Positions 24,716-35,226 are shown, counted from the stretch's first letter. The stretch is 64,000 bases of DNA from Candidatus Magasanikiibacteriota bacterium (GCA_030650025.1 JAUSEN010000008.1:1164-65163); one strand, 5' to 3'. Numbers and translations are program-made. The notes: generated from the letters alone by a model not told the origin.

Positions 24716-26893
24716 TTATTTGATTGGTTCGACAGTTGGCATGCCCCCGGCAGTATTTATTTTATAACGGATACCATTTTTAGTTCCTATAAAATAATTT
24801 AAATTATCATGGTCCGGTCTTAACTCGCTAAAACCGCCGAGCAAGACTTTATCGTTTTTATTAATTATGACCCATTCATTATCAATTTGCGCGCCAGTTA
24901 AACCATTTCTAAAATTCCAAACTTTTTCATAGCCGCGCGTTATCAAGCGTTGTTTAGCCAGGTCAAAAAAATGCCATTTATAATCGGGCGACAATACCGC
25001 GGCTAAACCGTCATGAAGTTCTGATACTACGAAAAATGGCCCGCCAATAATTCTAAAATTTTCATTTACTAAGAACCGATTGTAATGTTTATCCCGCACC
25101 AGACTAATCCCTTGTTGTAAATATTGCGGAGTTCCAATACTTTCAAATCCATCGGAACCAATTAGATCGGCTGCATTAACAATATTTGCATTAATAAAAA
25201 AATATTTATCCCCGATTTTATGCAAGGTACTCAGTATTTCATTTTCATCTAAATCAACTTTAAAACGCCGTCCATTTTTTTCTACCACAGCCGTGCCATC
25301 CGGGTAAGCCTCGGCCCAGTCATATTCACCCGCGGCCTGCCGCATAAAATTACGATACACAAAAAACCACTTTTTGCCATTGCGTACCGCCGCCCGACCG
25401 CCATTAAAATCTTTAATCTCATCAAAACCATTTCTAAAACCAAAAGTTTCAATACCTTTAAGGCGTTTATCAAAAAAATACCAACGCTTACCTATTTGCA
25501 CTTTATTCATCCCCTCAAATGAACGAGCGCCAACGGCATCAAATGAATTTTTTCCCTCATCATCACCACCAACAAAAAAAGTTTGTGAAAAATTTTCATC
25601 TAGAAAAACCCATTTACCTTTGCTCTTAATTGCCACCATTCCATCGCTAAATTCCCCTACCTTTTCAAAATTTGGGCTCACTCTCTTCCCGGCATTATCT
25701 ACAAAATAATAGCGTTCACCAATTTTTACGGATCTATATTTGCTGGATTTGCTGGTTGCAATCTCAATTTCTATAGTGTGCGCGCTGGCTCGCCTGTCTT
25801 CGGCTTGTTCATACGTCATTGTCACTGGTGGCAATTTTCCGCCCGGCGGAAGATATACATCAGAATCCTTGGGCGAACCGGCTGGCTCTACCCCATCAGG
25901 AAGCAGCGCGTCTTCAAAACCATCGGTAATGGACGGCGCCGGAGAATCAAGTGGAGTTTCATCGGCATAGCCAACGCCAGCCTTGGCCTCGCCCCTTCTG
26001 GCAATATCGAGGTGCGCCGATAAATAATTCGTGGCTGGCACAAATACCGTGCCATCGGTTTCTTTAGGGTCAAGCGGCAACAAAGTATTTTCTAGAGAAT
26101 ACCAAATGCCACCAATTTGCGCCACCACCCGCCGATGGCCAAATTTATTTTTCTTGTTACGCTTAAATACTTGCAGTTTAACCGGCAATTCCGGATACAC
26201 CGCGGTAATAAACGCCAAATGGTGCTTTTCGCGGAACCAGCAGTCGCCCTCCTTCTCCTTGCCTAATTTTTTTTCGCGGGAAGTTAAAATACCGCCGGAT
26301 AAAAACGGCTGATCGTAATGATAAGCGCCCTTGCTATTAAGAATTTCCTGAATAACACGAAATATATTTGCGTCTTTTTTGGCCAACTCTTGATAGCGAG
26401 CGGCCTCGGCTTGCAGGACATCCATTTTTTCCTCCGCCTCCTTCGGAGATAGTACGCCACGCGCTACTTCGGACTGTAAAAAAAACCTGCCCCATTCAAC
26501 TTTGGATTCTTGTCCTTCCTTAACTTCAACTCTACCATCTTTAGTTCTTACCAGCTCCAAGCCATTAATTCCCAAACCTTTATCTGTCAGAGGCTTACCC
26601 TCGCGGAGCGCTTCGGCCATTTTTTGCTGAGCCGTAGCCTTGAGTTGATCTGGTGTTTTACTTCCAAACCTATTCCAACCCCGCTCTACCATGCTCCCAA
26701 GCGATCGTAAGTGGGGAGCGCCTTGCGACGCTTCGTACGCCGCGCCGTGGAACGCGCCTGACAAACCAACTGCCCCCAGAAAAAGCTTCTGCCGACGCAA
26801 AAACCCACCTGGCCGAGGGGCTTTAGACTCGGCCGGAGCGACGGTTGGAATTTCGCCATGTGGTTGTTCTTTCATAATCGCTAATTTTGCCAA
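24716..26893 (-). CDS. WG-repeat protein with N-terminal TM helix and a possible transglutaminase-like domain
   Basis: Repeats of F..G.A.V....KW.F.D; upstream GDC..GH..WYSLE. Confidence 0.7.
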   Translation of the reverse strand: MAKLAIMKEQPHGEIPTVAPAESKAPRPGGFLRRQKLFLGAVGLSGAFHGAAYEASQGAPHLRSLGSMVERGWNRFGSKTPDQLKATAQQKMAEALREGKPLTDKGLGINGLELVRTKDGRVEVKEGQESKVEWGRFFLQSEVARGVLSPKEAEEKMDVLQAEAARYQELAKKDANIFRVIQEILNSKGAYHYDQPFLSGGILTSREKKLGKEKEGDCWFREKHHLAFITAVYPELPVKLQVFKRNKKNKFGHRRVVAQIGGIWYSLENTLLPLDPKETDGTVFVPATNYLSAHLDIARRGEAKAGVGYADETPLDSPAPSITDGFEDALLPDGVEPAGSPKDSDVYLPPGGKLPPVTMTYEQAEDRRASAHTIEIEIATSKSSKYRSVKIGERYYFVDNAGKRVSPNFEKVGEFSDGMVAIKSKGKWVFLDENFSQTFFVGGDDEGKNSFDAVGARSFEGMNKVQIGKRWYFFDKRLKGIETFGFRNGFDEIKDFNGGRAAVRNGKKWFFVYRNFMRQAAGEYDWAEAYPDGTAVVEKNGRRFKVDLDENEILSTLHKIGDKYFFINANIVNAADLIGSDGFESIGTPQYLQQGISLVRDKHYNRFLVNENFRIIGGPFFVVSELHDGLAAVLSPDYKWHFFDLAKQRLITRGYEKVWNFRNGLTGAQIDNEWVIINKNDKVLLGGFSELRPDHDNLNYFIGTKNGIRYKINTAGGMPTVEPIK

Positions 26894-27041
26894 AAGCGTA
26901 TTTTACCAAAAACGTAAGTTCTAAACAAAAAAATATGCACACTCTGCCCACATTTTAGGCCATTACCTCTCTTGTTTATTTTCACTGGTTAGTTTAACAT
27001 AACCTGGCTTTTAATTCTACCTAATTTTACAACCACTGCTT

Positions 27042-28469
27042 ATGCCGCCCCTCTCCGAAATAGACAAAATCCCCCCCCAGAGCCTGGACGCGGAAATGTC
27101 CCTTCTAGGCTCAATTCTTCTTGACAAAGAAGCGATGCTTAAAGTAGCCGACATTGTTACTGCCGAAGATTTTTATAAAGACGCGCATAGTAAAATTTTT
27201 GAATCAATTTCCGAACTCTACTCCAAAAATGAGCCTTTAGACCTCTTGACGCTAAGTAACCGGCTCGAAGAAAAGAACCAGCTAGAAGCCATCGGCGGCC
27301 GCAGTTACCTAGCCAGCCTCACCAACGCCGTGCCCACCGCCTCGAACGTGGTTCATTACGCTCATATCGTGCACCGCAAAGCCACGCGCCGGCGCTTGTT
27401 AACGGCTTCCCACAATATCGCGCAACTGTCTTACGAAGAAGGAGTGGACGACATTGAACAAATTTTAGACAACGCCCAAAAACACTTATTTGGCGTCTCC
27501 AATATTTATTTCAAACAGGGTTTTACCCCTATTCGTGGCGTTTTGGCCGATGCGTTTGACCGCATTGACGAACTCCACAAAAATAAAGGGCAATTACGCG
27601 GCCTCGCGACCGGTTTTAGAGCGCTTGATAATTTATTAGCCGGTTTCCAAAAATCCGATCTTATTGTTATTGCCGCGCGCCCGTCCGTTGGTAAAACTTC
27701 GTTCGCTCTGGATATTGTCCGCCACGTGGCCACCAAAAGCCGCGTACCAGTGGGGCTCTTCTCTCTCGAAATGAGCAAAGAACAGCTGGTGGACCGCTTG
27801 CTCTGCTCCGAAGCTAATGTCGACCTCTGGCGCATGCGCACCGGCCGCCTCAATGACCGGCCCGAAGCCGACGACTTCCCCAAAATCGGCCACGCCATCG
27901 GCGTCTTATCCGAATCGCCTATTTTTATCGACGATTCTCCTAATATCAACATTATGCAAATTCGCACCAAAGCGCGCCGTTTGCAAGTGGAACATGGCTT
28001 AGGAATGATCGTGGTTGATTATTTACAACTCATGGAATCGCGCGGCAGTATTGAAAACCGCGTGCAAGAAGTGGCCGAAATTACCAGAGGTTTGAAAGGC
28101 ATTGCCCGCGAACTGAACGTGCCGGTCGTGGCTCTCTCCCAGCTATCGCGCGTCGTGGAGCAAAGCAAGCCGGCGATCCCCAAACTTTCTCACCTGCGCG
28201 AGTCTGGTTCTATCGAGCAAGACGCGGACGTGGTATTATTTATTTACCGCAAAGCCGCGGATCGCGGCTACCGCGCCGAGGACATTCCGCCCGACGAGCG
28301 TAATATTGCCGAAATCCACATTGCCAAGCACCGCAACGGCCCGACTGGCCTGGTAAAAATGATTTTCAACGAACCACTCGCTTCGTTTCGCAACCTGGAA
28401 AGTAAAATTGTGGATACAGCGGCTGGCTCCGCCCCCCTGAAACCCAAATCCGCCTTTACTAATAATTAA
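27042..28469 (+). CDS. dnaB: Replicative DNA helicase
   Basis: PPQS..AE, AARPSVGKT, SLEM, DYLQL and LRESGSIEQDAD. Confidence 0.98.
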   Translation: MPPLSEIDKIPPQSLDAEMSLLGSILLDKEAMLKVADIVTAEDFYKDAHSKIFESISELYSKNEPLDLLTLSNRLEEKNQLEAIGGRSYLASLTNAVPTASNVVHYAHIVHRKATRRRLLTASHNIAQLSYEEGVDDIEQILDNAQKHLFGVSNIYFKQGFTPIRGVLADAFDRIDELHKNKGQLRGLATGFRALDNLLAGFQKSDLIVIAARPSVGKTSFALDIVRHVATKSRVPVGLFSLEMSKEQLVDRLLCSEANVDLWRMRTGRLNDRPEADDFPKIGHAIGVLSESPIFIDDSPNINIMQIRTKARRLQVEHGLGMIVVDYLQLMESRGSIENRVQEVAEITRGLKGIARELNVPVVALSQLSRVVEQSKPAIPKLSHLRESGSIEQDADVVLFIYRKAADRGYRAEDIPPDERNIAEIHIAKHRNGPTGLVKMIFNEPLASFRNLESKIVDTAAGSAPLKPKSAFTNN

Positions 28470-28475
28470 TTTTCT

Positions 28476-28778
28476 ATGTCCATGCTCTCTAAACTCAAAC
28501 AATTCAAAGATCTGCGCAGCCAAGGCAAAAAAATGCAAGGGCTCATGAAGGATGTATCCGCGACCGGCACTGGCGCGGGCAACAAAGTGGTGCTCATCAT
28601 GGACGGGAATTTTAGTATTTCCGGACTTACCATTGACCCCGAACTTTTAAACCCGGACAACAAAAACAAACTAGAAGAAGCCATTAAATCCGCCCACAGC
28701 GACGCCATGCGCCAAATTCAGAAACAAATGATGGCTAAAATGCAAGCTTCTCCCGACATGAAACTGCCGGGGATGTAA
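28476..28778 (+). CDS. ybaB: YbaB/EbfC nucleoid-associated protein
   Basis: Size, G..V...MDGN...I.IDPE motif and adjacency to recR. Confidence 0.85.
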   Translation: MSMLSKLKQFKDLRSQGKKMQGLMKDVSATGTGAGNKVVLIMDGNFSISGLTIDPELLNPDNKNKLEEAIKSAHSDAMRQIQKQMMAKMQASPDMKLPGM

Positions 28779-28788
28779 TTAACTTGTA

Positions 28789-28816
28789 GTAGGGGCATGA
28801 TATATCATGCCCCTAC
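28789..28816. repeat. GTAG REP palindrome
   Basis: Perfect palindrome gtaggggcatgatatatcatgcccctac; same core at 37234. Confidence 0.85.
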
Positions 28817-28841
28817 TCACGCCTAGTCAGCTTCTCGAAAC

Positions 28842-29444
28842 ATGTACTCCCCTGCCATAGACAAATTAATTTTAGCGTTAAAAAAGCTTCCGGGCGTGGG
28901 GCGCCAAACCGCGGAGCGTTATGTTTTTCATTTTTTAAAATCCGGCAAAAAAGAAGTGGCGGAACTGACGCTCGCCCTCAAGGACTTGATGACTACCACC
29001 CAAAGCTGCCAAATTTGCTGGAATTTTAGCGACCAAAACCCCTGCGCGCGCTGCTCTCAACCCAAACGCAATCAAGCAATCATCTGCGTGGTGGCCGAAC
29101 CGCAAGACTTGGCTGTCATTGAAGCGACGCAAGCCCATCAGGGCTCTTACCATGTGCTGCGAGGTTTAATCGACGCCTCGGACGAAGAATCAGTTTTAAA
29201 AACAAAAATCGCGGACTTGCTGGCGCGCTGTCAAATTAACACCAGAATTAAAATATCCGAGGTTATTCTCGCCTTGAATCCCAATCTCGCTGGTGAAACT
29301 ACGATGCTGTATTTAGAAAAGAAATTACGCGAACAAAACCTCACTCTCAAAATTACTCGCCTGGCGCGCGGCCTTCCGCTCGGATCCGACATCCGCTACG
29401 CCGACGAACTGACGCTTCTCTCGGCTATTAAAAACCGGACTTAA
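28842..29444 (+). CDS. recR: Recombination mediator RecR
   Basis: LPGVG..TAER, C4 zinc finger, YHVL.G and RLARGLP.G..I.YAD. Confidence 0.96.
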   Translation: MYSPAIDKLILALKKLPGVGRQTAERYVFHFLKSGKKEVAELTLALKDLMTTTQSCQICWNFSDQNPCARCSQPKRNQAIICVVAEPQDLAVIEATQAHQGSYHVLRGLIDASDEESVLKTKIADLLARCQINTRIKISEVILALNPNLAGETTMLYLEKKLREQNLTLKITRLARGLPLGSDIRYADELTLLSAIKNRT

Positions 29445-29449
29445 AAAAT

Positions 29450-29989
29450 ATGAAAGACAGAATATCATTATCAGAATGGTTTGCGCAAGGAGAAAAAATT
29501 AAACGCGGCGGCGAACCACCGGATAATTTTCGTAAAGAGGTTCAGCTGATAGTGCCGGACGACGCCGGCTGGCAACTACCAGGGGAAGTAGCGCGAAGCA
29601 CTCAAGAATACTCCGGGCCAAGTGAAAGTTTAAGCGTCTCCGATGCTCTAAGACGGCTAGCTGCCGAGATTGAATTGATACGGGAAGATAAAATAACTTT
29701 ACAGTCCGGAGAAACTTTCCCCGGCCATAACGCCCGCTTGCTGTTGGAGAGGATCGGAAATGTGGTCTTCCATAAAACTCGCCGATCTTCAGAATCTCTA
29801 AATGAAGATCTGCAAATACCGCAAGAGATTTGGAACAAACAGGCAACTCTGGCGGAACGACTGGCATATGTTAAGGATATAAAAAAACGACTCAGCAGAC
29901 TACTCGGAGAAATTTCCGCGGAAATTGCCAGGCAGGCGGAATCAAAAGAATCGACGCACAAACCATTCCCCGATATTCTGCCTGATTAA
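29450..29989 (+). CDS. Hypothetical protein
   Basis: 179-aa ORF co-oriented after recR. Confidence 0.6.
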   Translation: MKDRISLSEWFAQGEKIKRGGEPPDNFRKEVQLIVPDDAGWQLPGEVARSTQEYSGPSESLSVSDALRRLAAEIELIREDKITLQSGETFPGHNARLLLERIGNVVFHKTRRSSESLNEDLQIPQEIWNKQATLAERLAYVKDIKKRLSRLLGEISAEIARQAESKESTHKPFPDILPD

Positions 29990-29993
29990 AAAT

Positions 29994-30033
29994 AAAACCC
30001 GCCTCCAGTCTTAACCGAGAGGCGGATTTTTTT
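29994..30033. terminator. Bidirectional terminator
   Basis: aaaacccgcctc...gaggcggattttttt between convergent genes. Confidence 0.7.
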
Positions 30034-30042
30034 ATATTCGCG

Positions 30043-30348
30043 TTATCCTATCTTCACTTCCGTAAAACGTTGGCGCTGGCCGTGGGTTTTGTGATAGCGC
30101 ACTTTGCGTTTATATTTTTCTACTAAGAGCGTTCGTTCTTTACCTTGCTTCATGACAGTGGCTTGCACACTCGCGCCCGCGACTGTCGGCATACCAACTT
30201 TTACGTTAGAACCATCGTCATCAGCCGTTAATAACACCTTATCAAATACAAAACTTCCTTTTTCCTCGGCTAACAACTTCTCGATTTTCAGAGTCTCACC
30301 GGTTTTTACTAAATATTGTTTACCGCCTGTGGCAATAACTGCGAGCAT
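30043..30348 (-). CDS. rplU: 50S ribosomal protein L21
   Basis: AVIATGGKQY and GQRQRFT. Confidence 0.97.
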   Translation of the reverse strand: MLAVIATGGKQYLVKTGETLKIEKLLAEEKGSFVFDKVLLTADDDGSNVKVGMPTVAGASVQATVMKQGKERTLLVEKYKRKVRYHKTHGQRQRFTEVKIG

Positions 30349-30423
30349 ATTAATATGATTTTTTATTTTTTAACAATCAATTCTGCTCCCCTCTCAGCTG
30401 GGTCAGAATCTAAACTAGGGACT

Positions 30424-30452
30424 AGTATAATAAAATTAGCCAAAAAAGTCAA
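30424..30452 (-). promoter_or_regulatory. Sigma70 promoter of rplU
   Basis: TTGACT, 17 nt spacer, TATACT. Confidence 0.7.
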
Positions 30453-30489
30453 GGGCATATTATCAACCCACGCCAAACCGTCTGTTCCA

Positions 30490-30984
30490 TTATTTTACAC
30501 TCTTTACAATCTCCCAAGAATCACCAACTTTTAAACTGTTTTTCTTCGCGAAACCAGCTGATAGTTCCAAGACGGCAGTAGAGGGCGCGCGGCCAAAATA
30601 CGGGGTCAGTTCGGCCTCGCTCTTGCTGGCTTCTGGCTCTACACCCGGAGCAATGTCCACCACTGCTTTGCCATTAAGCCAAACAATATCCAGTGGAAAC
30701 TGCATCGCGCGCATTACCATGGCGTGCTGGCCAACCTCGCTAAAAATAAAAAGCATACCGTCTGCCTTCCCCATATTCTTGTAATCACTCCAACCCTGAT
30801 AGCGCAACGCGGGCGTATCCGCCACTAAAACTTTTAGTTCTGTTCCCGCCAGATTAATTGTAACCAAACGCGGACCGGAAAAAAATATTTTAAAAATAAC
30901 CGCCGACCCCACAATAATCAGCAGTAACACAACCTGCCATTTCTTAAATTCCGATTGCTTTTTAGAGCGAAAAATAAAGCTCAT
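30490..30984 (-). CDS. DUF192 family protein
   Basis: VADT..R..G, GMLF.F, M..M.FPLDI and VLEL.AG. Confidence 0.88.
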   Translation of the reverse strand: MSFIFRSKKQSEFKKWQVVLLLIIVGSAVIFKIFFSGPRLVTINLAGTELKVLVADTPALRYQGWSDYKNMGKADGMLFIFSEVGQHAMVMRAMQFPLDIVWLNGKAVVDIAPGVEPEASKSEAELTPYFGRAPSTAVLELSAGFAKKNSLKVGDSWEIVKSVK

Positions 30985-32000
30985 AACTTGGACTGCGTGC
31001 TTTTAAAACTAAGAGCAACCGCGAATAACAGAAAACCGACCCCCACGAGTAGCAAAGCTACTAATTTTTGATAGCTCTGGAGCCAGAGACCTAACCACCC
31101 AAATAACACCGCTAGGCCAACGAGGAAAGCTAACACCTGCCACTCGCGCCAACCGCGATCAATCAGGACAAAGTGCAGATGGCTCCGATCACCGCCAAAA
31201 ATTGGCTGGTGAGCGCGCCAACGCACGAACATTACCCGGAGCAAATCCAAAACCGGCACCGCCATCACCAAAAGACCGGTCGCTATTTTACTGCCGGCCA
31301 TAATACTTAAGCCCCCGAGCATTAGCCCCACGAACAGGCTTCCCGCTTCTCCCAAAAAAATCCTGGCTGGCGGTAAATTGAATACCAAAAATCCGGCCAA
31401 GGCCGCCGCCAAGCTTAAAGCCACGTACGCCACGTTCGGTTGATAAAATTTAGTTGTTAAAGTAAGCGCCGCGATGCTCAAAGCTCCGACCAAACCAATG
31501 CTCGTGGCCAGCCCGTCAACGCCGTCCAATATTTTTACGCTAATCGTTGTTAGCATTAACCAAAAGAATACCAGCCCGATGCCAAGGAGCGGATCCACCA
31601 AAAAATAACCGCCCGCGGGGTTAGTAATTTTTTCCACGGGGGCAAAAATTGCCACGAGGAGTGTGGCTACTACCAAAAACGGCAGCCGAATGCCAAACGA
31701 TAAAGTCCAAAAATCATCGGCTAGGCCTAGTAATAAATATATTAAACTGGCGATAAAAAGCGCGTACAAAACCGGCCAAAGCAAAAACATGTCCGCGCGC
31801 GGCTCTATAAAATAAACATAAGCTAATGCTCCCCAAAAAGCTAACCAAATCGGCAGGCCTCCCCACAGCGCCACCGGTCGCTGATGGCGCTTGCGGCCTT
31901 GGTCCGGGGTATCCACAATTTTTAAATATAGCGCTAAGCGCCTGACGCCAAAAGTCAAAATCACTGTTAAAATAAATACCGCTACAGAAACTTCATTCAT
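30981..32000 (-). CDS. MraY/WecA/TagO family polyprenyl-phosphate GlcNAc-1-P transferase
   Basis: GLADD, DGVDGLA, FN.PPARIFLGEAGS and DRSHLH. Confidence 0.9.
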   Translation of the reverse strand: MNEVSVAVFILTVILTFGVRRLALYLKIVDTPDQGRKRHQRPVALWGGLPIWLAFWGALAYVYFIEPRADMFLLWPVLYALFIASLIYLLLGLADDFWTLSFGIRLPFLVVATLLVAIFAPVEKITNPAGGYFLVDPLLGIGLVFFWLMLTTISVKILDGVDGLATSIGLVGALSIAALTLTTKFYQPNVAYVALSLAAALAGFLVFNLPPARIFLGEAGSLFVGLMLGGLSIMAGSKIATGLLVMAVPVLDLLRVMFVRWRAHQPIFGGDRSHLHFVLIDRGWREWQVLAFLVGLAVLFGWLGLWLQSYQKLVALLLVGVGFLLFAVALSFKSTQSKL

Positions 32001-32002
32001 AA

Positions 32003-34792
32003 TTAAGGCTGTTGAATTAAATTACCCTGGCCATCTAAAATCACGGTATCGCGGCGCTTAAGTTGGCCCTTGAGAATTAGCTCGGCCAGCTTATTTTCTA
32101 CTTTGTCCTCTAACGCCCGCCGCATCGGCCGGGCGCCAAACTCGCTGTCAAACCCAATACTAGCTAAAAAATCCAGGGCGCCCGCGCCAATCTCGAGCTT
32201 GATACCCTTGGCGTCTAAGTCATTAATAATACGCTTGAGCATAAAACCCGCCACCTGCTTAATATCCGCCTCGCTAAGCGGTTTAAATAAAACAATGCCG
32301 TCAAAACGGTTGAGAAATTCCGGTTTAAAATAGTCCCGAAGCTGCCCGTGCAGTAATTTGTTTTTAATCTCTTCGCTCGCAACGCCCATACGCATTTGGT
32401 CGCTCACAAAGCTGGTGCCGGCATTAGAGGTCGCGATTAAAATAATGTTGGTTAAATCCACCACTCGCCCCGTGGAATCTGTTAACCGGCCATCGTCCAT
32501 TACCTGCAAGAATAAATTTAAAATGTCTTTATCGGCTTTTTCAATTTCATCAAGCAAGAGGAGCGTAAACGGATTTTGGCGGATCGCTTCGGTTAAAGCG
32601 CCGCTACCGGGTTGGTTCGGAGCGCCAATCAGGCGGTAAATACTGCTCGCGTCTTGATACTCACTCATGTCTAAGCGCGCCATTTTATTCTCGCCGCCAA
32701 AATAAACTTCGGCAATGGTTTTGGCGAGTTCAGTTTTGCCGACACCGGTTGGCCCTAAAAATAAAAAGTTAGCAATCGGCCGGGTGGCGGCTCTAATTTC
32801 CGCTCGCGCCCGGCGCAGAGCATTAGCGACCAAAGCCACGGCTTCGTCTTGCCCCACTACCCGCTCGTGCATTGTTTTTTCTAAATTCAAAAGCTTAGTC
32901 GATTCATTGGCCGTGAGCGCCGCGAGCGGAATATGAGTCTTCTCGGCTACCACGGCGGCTACTTCTTCGCCTAACACCAGAGCGTGCGCGCCTTTATGAT
33001 TACGCGCGTAAGCCGCTGACTCTGTTAAAATTTCTAACGCCGCACCCGGCAAAGTAACATCGTGCAAATAGCGCTTCGCGTACTGAACCGCCTTTTCAAT
33101 GGCTCCGTAAGAAAAAAATACCTGATTCTTATATTCCAAATAACCAACTTTAGATTCTAAAACTTGAATGGCCTGATTTTCATCCATTTCTCGCACCTCT
33201 ACCTTGGTAAAGGCATTGCTCAAGGCCGAACTGCGAATGGTATGCGTAAAAGCTTCGGTCGTGGTGGTGGCTAGTGTCAAAAATCTCCCGCCGCTGATAA
33301 ATTGGCTAAGGCTCGAGGCCACGTCTAAACTCTGCCCCGCGGCGCCGCCGAGAGACACGCCAATTAATTCGTGAATATTATGCACAAACAAAATAATATT
33401 ACGCGCCCGCGCTATTTCATTCATGATAATCATCAAGCGTTCCAGGGCTTCTTCCGGGCGCGCGCCCGAGAGCAAGGCCGAGGTAGAGAGCCTGATGAGC
33501 CTCTTATCGAAAAGGCGGTTCGGCACATCATTCACTATCATGCGCTTGGCGATGCCATCCACAATACTCTTTTTGCCAACACCATAGTCTCCCACTAATA
33601 AAACGCTTTCTACGCCCCCTTCTACCACCCTAAAAATCTCTTCAATCTCCGGCTCTCGCGCCATGCACTCTTCGGTATAGCCTCGTTGCGCCAAAAGTGT
33701 CAGGTCCTCGCTGAAACGGTCTAAATAAGGGGTGGCGAGAGCCGTCATGGCGCGATCCATGCCGTGCTTGCTACGATGGCGCGCGGCCGAGCGGAATTGC
33801 ACGGCTTCGCGGTGGAGCCGCTCCCGAACCCGGGCCCAAACAATGACATTAATTAATTTTTGCCGGTCAATCCCTAAATCAAACAAAATTTCTTGTAGCG
33901 TTTGCGACCAGGCAATGGCCGCTTCTAAAAGTTCTGTCACGCTCACATACTTCTGATGCTCCTCATAAGCGCGGTTATAAGCCAAAAACAGCACCTGCCA
34001 GGTTTCGGCCAAAATGCTCGGGGCGAGCGCCCGGCTTTGGGTGCTATGATTTTTAAATAAAGATTCTAAAGCTTTCTCCAAAGAGGTTGGCGATACTCCG
34101 AGGCGCACAAAAATATTCCCAATCCGCCCCAAAGACAGCAAGCTATAAAACAAATGCAACGGAGAAACTGCTTGGTGGCCGGATTTCTGTGCCAACCGAA
34201 AAGCTAACCCGATGGCTTGCCTGGCTTCGCCGGTAAAGGTATCGGCAATATTGCGTTTTAATTTATGCGGCAACTTAATGGCATCCGCAAAAGTTTGCGC
34301 CAATGCCTCCTCCGGGGCTCCGGGCAGAGTTTGATCCGGCAAATTATTATAATCGAAGCGCTCTACCTCGGCCGCGATCGCTCGCTCGCGCACGCTGCGG
34401 TACCAAGCATAAGTGAAAAAGAGAAGTCCCAGCCAAAACAAGCCCATTACTTGCTTCGGCAAATTAGTAATAAACCAGAGCGGTCCCAAAGCACTCGCCC
34501 CAATATTTTTTAATAACCCGAGCCTCACGATAATAACGCCCGCCCAAACCCAAAAATTTAAACCAATGGCCAAAACTGTAAAAAACCGCAGACGGTTAAA
34601 TATCCGCCGCGCCCTCTCCAGGGCAAAATTATAAGGCGTCAAGGGGTAGCCCCAATATAAAAAATTGCGGCGTTTAAAAAAACCCACGGTCAAGCCATGG
34701 CAGGACCGGCAAAGTTTGCTTCGGATGCGTCCGCGCCCGGCGCAAACCGCGCAGTAAATCAGCGGCAAGTTAATTTGCTTGGCTAGTTCCAT
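32003..34792 (-). CDS. Membrane-anchored ClpA/B/C-family AAA+ ATPase
   Basis: N-terminal CxxC/CxxC and 2 TM helices, Clp N domain, degenerate NBD1, intact NBD2 (GPTGVGKT, LLDEIEK, GRLTD). Confidence 0.9.
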   Translation of the reverse strand: MELAKQINLPLIYCAVCAGRGRIRSKLCRSCHGLTVGFFKRRNFLYWGYPLTPYNFALERARRIFNRLRFFTVLAIGLNFWVWAGVIIVRLGLLKNIGASALGPLWFITNLPKQVMGLFWLGLLFFTYAWYRSVRERAIAAEVERFDYNNLPDQTLPGAPEEALAQTFADAIKLPHKLKRNIADTFTGEARQAIGLAFRLAQKSGHQAVSPLHLFYSLLSLGRIGNIFVRLGVSPTSLEKALESLFKNHSTQSRALAPSILAETWQVLFLAYNRAYEEHQKYVSVTELLEAAIAWSQTLQEILFDLGIDRQKLINVIVWARVRERLHREAVQFRSAARHRSKHGMDRAMTALATPYLDRFSEDLTLLAQRGYTEECMAREPEIEEIFRVVEGGVESVLLVGDYGVGKKSIVDGIAKRMIVNDVPNRLFDKRLIRLSTSALLSGARPEEALERLMIIMNEIARARNIILFVHNIHELIGVSLGGAAGQSLDVASSLSQFISGGRFLTLATTTTEAFTHTIRSSALSNAFTKVEVREMDENQAIQVLESKVGYLEYKNQVFFSYGAIEKAVQYAKRYLHDVTLPGAALEILTESAAYARNHKGAHALVLGEEVAAVVAEKTHIPLAALTANESTKLLNLEKTMHERVVGQDEAVALVANALRRARAEIRAATRPIANFLFLGPTGVGKTELAKTIAEVYFGGENKMARLDMSEYQDASSIYRLIGAPNQPGSGALTEAIRQNPFTLLLLDEIEKADKDILNLFLQVMDDGRLTDSTGRVVDLTNIILIATSNAGTSFVSDQMRMGVASEEIKNKLLHGQLRDYFKPEFLNRFDGIVLFKPLSEADIKQVAGFMLKRIINDLDAKGIKLEIGAGALDFLASIGFDSEFGARPMRRALEDKVENKLAELILKGQLKRRDTVILDGQGNLIQQP

Positions 34793-34794
34793 GT

Positions 34795-35157
34795 TTAACG
34801 AGCTTTAATAAACAGCTGTACTATTCCCGAGAGAATTAAAAGCGGGAATCCGATCCAAAACAACAGCAAAACCACGCAAAATATCAACCAGACCAGCAAA
34901 GCCAGGCTGCGCATAATAACTTGGAAGAACCGCATCACAAAACTGATGATTCTCCCCTCCCAATCGTATTGCCCAAACATGGGCACAAAAATATTTTTAA
35001 GCCACAAGCCCGGCGCCAAACGCGCGTTCCCCTGCAAAAACCAAACCCAGCAATTTTTGGCCGCGTGCCCAAAACCAAACGAATACCACCACACGGGAAA
35101 ATAAACCAAATCCAAAATAGCTTCTCCTAAAATCTGTTGGAATACCAAAAAATACAT
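34795..35157 (-). CDS. Small membrane protein coupled to the Clp ATPase gene
   Basis: FPVWWY and KNIFVPMFGQYDW.GR; 2-bp gap to the Clp gene. Confidence 0.7.
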   Translation of the reverse strand: MYFLVFQQILGEAILDLVYFPVWWYSFGFGHAAKNCWVWFLQGNARLAPGLWLKNIFVPMFGQYDWEGRIISFVMRFFQVIMRSLALLVWLIFCVVLLLFWIGFPLLILSGIVQLFIKAR

Positions 35158-35226
35158 ACTAAATATAGTATATCATAAAATCAACCAGGCGTCTTGAGAC
35201 GCCTGCCTAAATAACATAACTGAATA

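Noticed and set aside
26894-27041. oriC upstream of dnaB
   Set aside because: Only degenerate DnaA-like boxes, no cluster and no dnaA gene.
30381-30408. TPP riboswitch (GCTGAGA) or L21 leader upstream of rplU
   Set aside because: Only a 28-nt hairpin; the remaining TPP consensus is absent.
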